The notes: generated from the letters alone by a model not told the origin. DNA of 32,000 nt from an uncultured Acidobacteriaceae bacterium (GCA_963829535.1 CAWHIQ010000001.1:1001255-1033254), one strand, 5' to 3'; counted from the stretch's first letter, positions 18,422-25,090 are shown. Translations and numbers: made by a program.

Positions 18422-19232
18422 AGTGTGGGGGCACCCTGCCAAGGCGCGTGACTACCGCGTTTTGAGTCACGATAGAAGCAAGCGGAGCATTGTGAGCACC
18501 GTGAAGTCATTGGGGCTGCCCGTGAGTGAAGTCTTGCCCCGTGTCATCAGGCTGACCACAAAACAACAATTGGCAAATCCGGCTGAGGTGTTTGCCGCGT
18601 GTCTCGACAACAACCCGGGCGTTGAAGTGTGGTTCATCGAAGGACTCGACATGTGGATTCCCGAGATGAACAAAATGGATGTTGTTGCGCCAATCCTGGA
18701 CGGGCTGCAACGGCTTGCCACTTTGCACGATGTTGCCGTGATCGCCACTGTGGGGTCACCGAAACAGAAAGGCAAAGACAAGTACACAGGCCGTGATGCG
18801 CTGTTTGGCAGTGCAGCCCTTGCACGCAAATCCGAAACCATTGTCACGGTTGGATGGACCAATGACGATGACCCAAACAGCGTGCGCAAGGTTGTGGTGA
18901 TGCCACGGACGGGGCAGTCTGAGACGCTGTTCTTCACTTGGCTCAATGGCCGGTTTGACCAGACAACGGAGCCACAGGCGGTATTCAACAGCGGCACAGA
19001 CACAAACCGCTCCTTGATGGAAGTTGCACTTGCTAGGTTCCCGGAGGACATGCCAGTCACGTATGTGCCTAGCTTTGGCTCTGAGCGGGCATTCTACCGT
19101 TGGAGAGAATGGGCGGCCAACAACGGGCTTATCCGCAAGATAAAGAACCGCTGGTATTGGCAGTGCGTGGCAGTGTCGGAGTGGAGACAGACCCATACAC
19201 TGACAGGCGGTGCAAGGCTTTTGGCGAGCTAA
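18411..19232 (+). CDS. RepA/DnaB-like ATPase, Walker B-containing 3' part of the split primase-helicase
   Basis: It is in the +1 frame relative to 17444..18421 and overlaps it by 11 nt. It contains a Walker B-like VEVWFIEGLDMW and downstream VAVIATVGSPKQ, but has no Walker A of its own. Confidence 0.7.
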   Translation: MAREVWGHPAKARDYRVLSHDRSKRSIVSTVKSLGLPVSEVLPRVIRLTTKQQLANPAEVFAACLDNNPGVEVWFIEGLDMWIPEMNKMDVVAPILDGLQRLATLHDVAVIATVGSPKQKGKDKYTGRDALFGSAALARKSETIVTVGWTNDDDPNSVRKVVVMPRTGQSETLFFTWLNGRFDQTTEPQAVFNSGTDTNRSLMEVALARFPEDMPVTYVPSFGSERAFYRWREWAANNGLIRKIKNRWYWQCVAVSEWRQTHTLTGGARLLAS

Positions 19233-19275
19233 GTTATTGATTCCACACAGGGGATGTACTGTGTACCACGATTAA

Positions 19276-19356
19276 TGTTTGTGTGTGTATATATGCAAAG
19301 AGATATGTACACACACAGACTCCCTCACATGGGTGCGCCCGAAAAAATCACATGGG
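19276..19356. repeat. Imperfect 18-bp inverted repeat with a (TG)n/(CA)n and TATATA core, plus two 9-bp direct repeats; candidate replication origin
   Basis: GTTTGTGTGTGTATATAT (19276-19293) pairs with ATATGTACACACACAGAC (19302-19319), matching 16 of 18. TCACATGGG occurs at 19325-19333 and 19348-19356, 23 bp apart. All of this lies directly downstream of the primase-helicase. Confidence 0.4.
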
Positions 19357-19489
19357 GGGTAGGGGTTGTAATCTCCACTGGCGATGCCCTGTAGCCCTCC
19401 GCCGATCAATTTGGACCATATACGTCCAATTATCAAAAACAGTAAAAACCGTCTGAAAGCAAAGGTTTGCGGCAAGTATAATCCCTCGC

Positions 19490-19705
19490 ATGAATCCCTC
19501 CTATTCAGACATCGCGCTGTGTGTGAAGCGGCATCACGGCTTCGTTCCAAAGACTTGCTGGATAGCGCACGTCAAGGAACTTAACGGACTCTATGTGCGT
19601 GTTGCGACGAATAGAAAGAGTCGGGCCACGAGGATGGTCCCTTGCCCGCCCGAGAAACGGAAAGCCATCGAAGATTGCTTCCGGAAGTTGAGCCTGCTTT
19701 CCTAA
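19490..19705 (+). CDS. Hypothetical protein (71 aa)
   Basis: A basic ORF. A perfect TATAAT (19477-19482) ends 7 nt before the ATG, suggesting a leaderless transcript. Confidence 0.45.
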   Translation: MNPSYSDIALCVKRHHGFVPKTCWIAHVKELNGLYVRVATNRKSRATRMVPCPPEKRKAIEDCFRKLSLLS

Positions 19706-19740
19706 ACCGCAACGTCTAAGCCGTCACCGAGGAACCGAAA

Positions 19741-20088
19741 ATGAGACTTGAAACTGAGCTAATCTCGAACCGCCTTCTCAAGTGCCACGACGCCATTACA
19801 GCAAAGAAGACCCCCGACACCGTAGCGCCGAGCGACCTTCTCCCATACGGCCAATTGTGCAAGGACGTGGGCCTTTCCGATCTAACCCGCGTGGTAGGCA
19901 TCTTTCTTGGAGAACTCGCCGAATGGTGCCAAGGGAACGGCCTCCCGCCACTGAATAGCCTTGCAATCAATGCTGAAGAGATGAAGCCGGGGCCGGGCTA
20001 CAAAGACGCCGTGGGGTGCAGCGAAATCAACTGGTGGAACGAAGTGAAGGCGTGCATTGGGGCTAAATACCCGGCCCGCATTTCCTAG
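19741..20088 (+). CDS. Hypothetical protein (115 aa)
   Basis: ATG preceded by GAGGAACCGAAA. No motif is recognised. Confidence 0.5.
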   Translation: MRLETELISNRLLKCHDAITAKKTPDTVAPSDLLPYGQLCKDVGLSDLTRVVGIFLGELAEWCQGNGLPPLNSLAINAEEMKPGPGYKDAVGCSEINWWNEVKACIGAKYPARIS

Positions 20089-20184
20089 CCGCTTGCTCTT
20101 AGTTCTGTGAGTAGTCGTTCCCACCCGCACACTCGAAATGGAATTTATTCCGGTCCCCGTACGGAAAAGATCCCATGTGGGCTA

Positions 20185-20361
20185 GGGCGGAGAACTCTGC
20201 TTGATGAGGTATTGCACTTCAGACCAGACTTCATTGAGCACCAACTCGCCCACGCTGTCAAAGACCCGAATGGTCGAGCGTACAACCGCACTGCTTTTCT
20301 GGCAGAGCGTCGCGAGATGATGCAAGCTTGGGCCGACTATCTGGACAAACTGAAATCCTGA
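20185..20361 (+). pseudogene. 5'-truncated tyrosine integrase (P4-type C-terminal fragment)
   Basis: TLLDEVLHFRPDFIEHQLAHAVKDPNGRAYNRTAFLAERREMMQAWADYLDKL matches the extreme C-terminus of P4-like integrases, including the catalytic-Tyr region (AYNR). The upstream catalytic Arg/His blocks are absent. Confidence 0.7.
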
Positions 20362-20627
20362 GTTCCATTGAAGCCTGAACTTGAGTCCAGAGGCTAATCG
20401 CCCGTTTCAGCTTTCACCAACTCAGGTCGCCGTTCGCCCGCACTTTTCTGGTCGCATTCAATGTCCAACAGCCTGCCGTGCCATGTCATTTTTTGGCGCA
20501 TCCGCCATTTCTGGCGGACAGCGCGAATTCGCAGAACCTGCTGTGCCATGCCGTTCCGCGCATACATCGTGGTGTTCGCTGCGTCTTAATAAATGTCAAA
20601 ACTGCGAGATAGATTTCGACGATGTGG

Positions 20628-20636
20628 TGCTAATAT
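20628..20636 (+). promoter_or_regulatory. Candidate extended -10 promoter (TGcTAATAT) for the RiPP operon
   Basis: TG-n-TAATAT lies 38 nt upstream of the precursor-A start and ~26 nt upstream of its RBS. Confidence 0.3.
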
Positions 20637-20673
20637 GGGTGTCCTTAGTGGAACTCATCCAAGGAGGACACTC

Positions 20674-20865
20674 GTGCCGGAAACGAAAGAATTCAAGCTC
20701 CCAAAGGATTTTCAAATAACGGTCGTTAACGATGAGGCGAAGGGTGCGGTCATGAGGAACGTTGCGACTGTACAGGCCGGTGGCATAAGCGGAACGAATT
20801 GTGCGTTAAGCGGCGGGAAGTTTAGTCCGAACGATTTTCATTGCAAAGACAAGGATGAAGAATAA
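20674..20865 (+). CDS. Graspetide-type RiPP precursor peptide A (63 aa)
   Basis: GTG start lies 6 nt after AGGAGG (20662-20667). The peptide is MPETKEFKLPKDFQITVVNDEAKGAVMRNVATVQAGGISGTNCALSGGKFSPNDFHCKDKDEE. It is a paralogue of 21025..21213 and lies upstream of an ATP-grasp maturase. Confidence 0.7.
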   Translation: MPETKEFKLPKDFQITVVNDEAKGAVMRNVATVQAGGISGTNCALSGGKFSPNDFHCKDKDEE

Positions 20866-21024
20866 GCTCCATCCTGAACGATCACCTGTCATATCATAGT
20901 CTGAGTTTTAGCAGAATGGTGCAGCATTGGTCAGCTGCTGAGCCAACGGGGGATAATTGCTCCAACTCCACGAGTCAGTTACAAAAAGCCCGGCTCTCAT
21001 TCGAATTGAACTTAGGAGGAGATG

Positions 21025-21213
21025 ATGGTTGAATCGAAGGTATTCAAGCTCCCAAAGGAATTTCAAATAACGCTCGTTAACAAGAAGGCGACGGGTGCGG
21101 TCGTGAGGAACATTGCGATCGAGAAAGCTGCTACAGTTTCCGGAACCGCGGGTTGTGTAATGACGGGCCCTCCCGAAAATCCCAACGATTTCCAGTGCAG
21201 CGATACGGATTAG
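21025..21213 (+). CDS. Graspetide-type RiPP precursor peptide B (62 aa)
   Basis: AGGAGG (21014-21019) is 5 nt from ATG 21025; the ATG at 21022 is too close to it. The peptide is MVESKVFKLPKEFQITLVNKKATGAVVRNIAIEKAATVSGTAGCVMTGPPENPNDFQCSDTD. Confidence 0.75.
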   Translation: MVESKVFKLPKEFQITLVNKKATGAVVRNIAIEKAATVSGTAGCVMTGPPENPNDFQCSDTD

Positions 21214-21214
21214 C

Positions 21215-21409
21215 GTGCCTGAATTCCCGGAAGATTACCCTATTCCTTTCGTTTTGCGAGTTGCAGCAGAATGGTGCCGCATCGACGAGGTTCCCCGCTC
21301 TGATGATGGTGTCATCCGCTACATGAAGCGCGCTTCGCTCACGGGATCTACCGCATTCACGGGAGAGCATGAGGACGTGCAATTCACAGACATTGGTCTG
21401 TCGGGATGA
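21215..21409 (+). CDS. Small ORF (64 aa) translationally coupled to the ATP-grasp gene; function unknown
   Basis: GTG lies 1 nt after the precursor-B stop, and its TGA overlaps the ATP-grasp ATG (ATGA at 21406-21409). There is no clear RBS. An internal ATG at 21323 would give a 28-aa peptide, MKRASLTGSTAFTGEHEDVQFTDIGLSG. Confidence 0.4.
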   Translation: MPEFPEDYPIPFVLRVAAEWCRIDEVPRSDDGVIRYMKRASLTGSTAFTGEHEDVQFTDIGLSG

Positions 21410-22365
21410 TCTTAGTTCTTTCCAACCAAGAAGACGCCCACGTATCCACGGTGACAAAGGAACTAGACAGGCGAGGTGCGATTTATACGGTATTAGATCC
21501 CGCGCTTTTCCCGTCTGATGTCGAATGCGTTGTCGAGAATTGTGGCGAGAGAATTGAAGCGAGGTTGGAAGCACCTTCAATTTCAATCAGCTTGAGTGAT
21601 GTTCGCTCGGTCTGGGTACGTCGTCCGGGAAAGTTTGTCCTCCCGGACCGGTTGTCTCAGGGCGAAGCGAAATGGCTACGTACAGAGTGCGAGCACTTAT
21701 TCGACGGGATTTGGGAGAACCTCCGTGCGTTCTGGATAAGCGAACCTCGTAGAATCAACTGCGCCAGTCGAAAGTTGCTTCAACTTCAGACCGCGTCAGC
21801 AATTGGCCTTAAGATACCGCGTTTCTTGATCACGAACTCTCCTCAACGGGCGGGAGAATTCATCGACGCTTGCCCGAAGGGCACGATCGTAAAGGGGCTA
21901 GCGTCCCCGGCATTAATGACCGAAGATCAATGTGCTTATCTTTACACCCATCTCGTGTCTCAGAGCGATCTGAGATACCTTGATTCTGTCCGGTATGGTC
22001 CGAATTTCTTTCAGGAGTTCTTGCTGAAGCGACTAGACATTCGCGTAACCGTGGTCGGAACGAAGGTCTTTTCAATCGGCATCGATGCGACGAATGAAGA
22101 GTCAGGTAAGGTCGATTTCCGACGGGCGGAGGTTTTCGATTTACCACATTTTCCTCTGGAGCTTCCCCAACGAATGAACGATGCCTGCGTTCAGTTAGTG
22201 CAAGAACTCGGCTTGCAGTTTGGCGCAATTGATCTGATTCAGACGGAAACGGACGAATACTACTTTCTAGAGATAAATCCGAACGGGCAATGGCTTTGGT
22301 TGGAATGGATGACAGAAATTCCGATCTCCAAGGCCATCTGTGATCTGCTCATCTCTGCAGGATGA
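21406..22365 (+). CDS. ATP-grasp ribosomal peptide maturase (microviridin MdnB/MdnC-type macrocyclase)
   Basis: The N-terminal MILVLSNQEDAHVSTVTKELDRRGAIYTVLDPALFPSDV and the C-terminal FGAIDLIQTETDEYYFLEINPNGQWLWLE are the hallmark ends of RiPP ATP-grasp ligases. The central FFQEFLLKRLDIRVTVVGTKVF block also fits. Confidence 0.85.
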   Translation: MILVLSNQEDAHVSTVTKELDRRGAIYTVLDPALFPSDVECVVENCGERIEARLEAPSISISLSDVRSVWVRRPGKFVLPDRLSQGEAKWLRTECEHLFDGIWENLRAFWISEPRRINCASRKLLQLQTASAIGLKIPRFLITNSPQRAGEFIDACPKGTIVKGLASPALMTEDQCAYLYTHLVSQSDLRYLDSVRYGPNFFQEFLLKRLDIRVTVVGTKVFSIGIDATNEESGKVDFRRAEVFDLPHFPLELPQRMNDACVQLVQELGLQFGAIDLIQTETDEYYFLEINPNGQWLWLEWMTEIPISKAICDLLISAG

Positions 22366-22367
22366 CT

Positions 22368-22637
22368 CTATTGATCTGAGTCGATCGCTATGTCTCCGAT
22401 ATGAAGTGAAAGTGTATCTCCCTTTCGATTGAAGTATGCACGCGTGGCTATAAGGTGTATCTCTCCGCCAATGTTGAGATGCGACAGGTGCTCCGCAATC
22501 GATGGCGGAATCTTGACGATGGTCTTTCCTATATCCACCGAAACTGATGTTGCAGGCTGAGAATCAGGCATAGAGAGATCATAAATCTTGTGAATGATCT
22601 GTATGCGCTCGCCGCAGATTTCGACGACCTTCAGCAT
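22368..22637 (-). CDS. Hypothetical protein (89 aa)
   Basis: Convergent with the ATP-grasp gene, with the two stops 2 nt apart. It is AT-rich, with no obvious RBS and no recognisable motif. Confidence 0.4.
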   Translation of the reverse strand: MLKVVEICGERIQIIHKIYDLSMPDSQPATSVSVDIGKTIVKIPPSIAEHLSHLNIGGEIHLIATRAYFNRKGDTLSLHIGDIAIDSDQ

Positions 22638-23287
22638 TCCGATGTTTCTGGGAAATGGAATTCATCGTGACAGCCGTATGGACGCCTGATTGCCGTTATT
22701 TCAGCCAGACTTCTCTGCAATTGCTCCGTGCATCCCGCGCGAGATGCTTCTGATGCAGGGAATTCGTTCGTTTGGCAATGTAGGCTCAATCTCATCATCG
22801 TGATTTAGGTAACAGAGGATCACCCAAAACGCGAATCAAGGGTTCAGACTGCCCTCGTCCCAAGCTCTCATTTGCTTGACACCTTCCGGATCTGAGTCGT
22901 TTTTGCCTGATTGCGTTTGCACTACGTGCGGTAAGGAAATCTGCAAACGGGGTCCCCTATTTCGCCGGGGGCCGTAGGGTGCCAAGCCCCCTGAGGGAGC
23001 GTCGCGGCGAATATCCTGACTTGACACCCGGTCACTGTGCAGCTGAGACCTAGGTCAACCCTAAAGTGTCTGCGAACTCGCTGAATAAGGCGGGAGATGG
23101 CGTGGCCCAGAGGACTCCATACCCCGCCTTATGTCGTCTGTCACGAGCGCCAATAATGTAACCGGCATCGCTTCAGGTGGCGACTGAGGTGTTCGAAGTG
23201 ATTACGCGGACCGTTCGGCTTGCGCCGTTTGTGAAGTCGAACCTCTGTCGTGCACTCTTCGCACAGGGCAAAGCGAAGCCAAGCAAG

Positions 23288-23309
23288 ACGTGGCAAGTAG
23301 TTGCCACGT
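23288..23309. terminator. Perfect 9-bp stem hairpin (ACGTGGCAA-gtag-TTGCCACGT) next to the XRE gene stop
   Basis: The stem is perfect. The T-run (TATTTTA) follows on the + strand, and only a weak U-tract follows on the - strand. It lies 4 nt from the stop of 23314..24267. Confidence 0.4.
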
Positions 23310-23313
23310 TATT

Positions 23314-24267
23314 TTAAAGTCCCTTCAGAAGATCGGACATCTTGGTGTCCAATCCCCGTGCAATTACTTGCAACGTAATCACCCCGATGTCCCTCTTCCC
23401 TTGTTCGATATCGGAAATATGCGTGCGACCCATGTCGAGGTTGACAGCCATGTCCGTCTGAGTCCAGCCCTTCTCCTTGCGATGACTCCTTATTCGCTGA
23501 CCGAGTTCTAGGAGGGTCTTGTTTTTTCGGGTGAACGTCTCGGGCTCCCAAATGCAGTCCTCCACCCCCGTGTAGTTCAATGCAAAGTGCACGTCTTGGC
23601 CGGACTCTTTAATCACGAATCGGCTAACAACCGCTTGTGGGGTGGAATGTGCGCCAGTTTCCGACAGGCGCCCCCACTGCTCATACAGCTCGGACTGCCC
23701 TTTGAATGCTCTATTTTTTTTATCCTTTTCAAAGGCCTCCCTAAATTCAGTCGCTTCTTTAACACCATCGTCTTTGCTCAGCCAGACCCTTTGGAGGTTG
23801 GGGTCACCGAGCATGTAGTGTGCGAAGACGGAGGTTTCAATCGCATCCCTTAGGATCGAGCGCGCTTCTTCCATACATCGACTGAATACAAGTTCCATGC
23901 TCACCCGAATCTTTGCGTGAGCGTTGAGAAAGAGTACTAGCGGGACCATTCGGGTGGTATCCGTGGCCCTTGCCATGTCCTGAAATTCTGTGAACAGAAT
24001 GAGGTCAAGCAAGCCGAAAAATCGCCAGAGATTTGGGGAGCCTTGGACCCCGGCAAAAAAGTTGTTTCTCTTGGCTCGTAAATAGGGCCGGTAGTGTTCG
24101 GGAACTGTGACGCGTTCAAACGGCAATAACAGATCGTCTTCGTTGGGTGTTGGCTCGTTCATGCTTGTCCGTCCGTTTCGATGCGCGCGCGAGAATTTGG
24201 CAGGCGAGCCGGTGAAGTATTGCCAACTCGCCCACTCGTTATTTTGAGAGTAGACTAACGCGCTCAT
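23314..24267 (-). CDS. Protein with a C-terminal XRE-family HTH and an uncharacterised ~240-aa N-terminal domain
   Basis: C-terminal LGQRIRSHRKEKGWTQTDMAVNLDMGRTHISDIEQGKRDIGVITLQVIARGL is a canonical XRE HTH. ATG 24267 overlaps the integrase 3' end by 29 nt; ATG 24162 is an alternative start. Confidence 0.75.
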   Translation of the reverse strand: MSALVYSQNNEWASWQYFTGSPAKFSRAHRNGRTSMNEPTPNEDDLLLPFERVTVPEHYRPYLRAKRNNFFAGVQGSPNLWRFFGLLDLILFTEFQDMARATDTTRMVPLVLFLNAHAKIRVSMELVFSRCMEEARSILRDAIETSVFAHYMLGDPNLQRVWLSKDDGVKEATEFREAFEKDKKNRAFKGQSELYEQWGRLSETGAHSTPQAVVSRFVIKESGQDVHFALNYTGVEDCIWEPETFTRKNKTLLELGQRIRSHRKEKGWTQTDMAVNLDMGRTHISDIEQGKRDIGVITLQVIARGLDTKMSDLLKGL

Positions 24268-25090
24268 GCACGGCCTGAAGGTCCGCTGTCATAAGGTTTG
24301 CGTATCGTCTAGTCATCTCCAACGTTGAATGACCGAGCACCTTCTGCAAATGGAACACAGACCCGCCGCGCCTGAGATAGTTAACCGCGAATGTGTGTCG
24401 GAATGCGTGCAATGTGCGTCCAGGAGGGGTAAATCCTAGCTGCTTGCAGAGCAGCTTCACATCCCGGAGGGCGTTACGGCGACTCCAATGCCCCTCTGTT
24501 CGGCTGGCAAATAGAAGCGAGTCCGGCTGGCGGTCACGCTCCTTGCAGTAACGGAACAGGACTCTCCGCAGTTGGAAACTGAAAGGGACAACTCTCTGCT
24601 TTCTTCCCTTGCCGTCAAGCGTAACGAGCAAGTCCTCCATGTTGATGTCGGAGACGCGCAAAGACAATGCTTCCGAGATGCGGCCCCCAGTGTCCAAAAG
24701 GAACAAGATGAGAAGATGCAATCGCCGTTGGTAGTTCCCTTTGGGCTTCCACTCGATGAGCCGCTTGACCTGCAAATCGGTGAATGTGGGCAGCACCAGA
24801 TGGGGCTCTCTCAGTTGGGGGATTCGCGGGTGATTGCAACCCGCGCCGCATTTTTGTTCCGAGCCGCTGCTCCAATGCAGGTAAGCATTCACGCACCGGA
24901 GCACCGTGTTGACGCCTGTCTCTTTGAGGCCCTTCTCCCGCATCCGCACAATGAGGACCCTCAGGTCCGCTTGCGTGGGAACTTCCGATGGCAGCCATTT
25001 CAGGCACCGCCTGTACCATTCAATTGTTGCCGGGGTCACATTTGTGAGGCATTGCCGTTCGCGAATAAATTGCTCGAAACGCGGTCCCAT
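24239..25090 (-). CDS. Tyrosine recombinase/integrase (XerC/D-like, 283 aa)
   Basis: An N-terminal SAM-like core-binding region is present. The catalytic blocks are GGRISEALSLRV (Arg), HAFRHTFAVNYL (H-x-x-R) and LGHSTLEMTRRYANL (Tyr). Its start is 58 nt from the right tRNA-Arg copy. Confidence 0.9.
   Translation of the reverse strand: MGPRFEQFIRERQCLTNVTPATIEWYRRCLKWLPSEVPTQADLRVLIVRMREKGLKETGVNTVLRCVNAYLHWSSGSEQKCGAGCNHPRIPQLREPHLVLPTFTDLQVKRLIEWKPKGNYQRRLHLLILFLLDTGGRISEALSLRVSDINMEDLLVTLDGKGRKQRVVPFSFQLRRVLFRYCKERDRQPDSLLFASRTEGHWSRRNALRDVKLLCKQLGFTPPGRTLHAFRHTFAVNYLRRGGSVFHLQKVLGHSTLEMTRRYANLMTADLQAVHERVSLLSK

Noticed and set aside
20362-20460. Possible internal tRNA-Arg/att remnant beside the truncated integrase
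   Set aside because: Only a vague resemblance (ggtcgccgttcgcccgc versus ggttcgattcccgcctcgcc) is present. It is too weak to call by eye.
20593-20673. Longer 90-aa version of precursor A starting at ATG 20593
   Set aside because: There is no RBS at 20593. The GTG at 20674 lies 6 nt after AGGAGG and gives an N-terminus co-linear with precursor B. The longer form cannot be fully excluded.
20381-20719. 112-aa ORF spanning the region upstream of precursor A
   Set aside because: It has a non-canonical start, runs through the putative promoter and repeat region, and ends out of frame inside precursor A. It has no motifs.
20674-20865. Double-glycine (NHLP/bacteriocin-type) leader cleavage site at VQAGG in precursor A
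   Set aside because: The GG is not conserved in precursor B (EKAAT at the same position), and no C39 peptidase or ABC exporter is present.
22631-22798. 55-aa minus-strand ORF (MMRLSLHCQT...ETSEC) overlapping the start of the 89-aa ORF by 7 nt; possible two-gene toxin-antitoxin-like pair
   Set aside because: It has no RBS, no recognisable motif and is very short. The coupling alone is insufficient evidence.
22836-23027. 63-aa minus-strand ORF in the non-coding gap
   Set aside because: It has Arg/Pro/Gly-rich low-complexity composition, overlaps GC-rich inverted repeats, and has no RBS.
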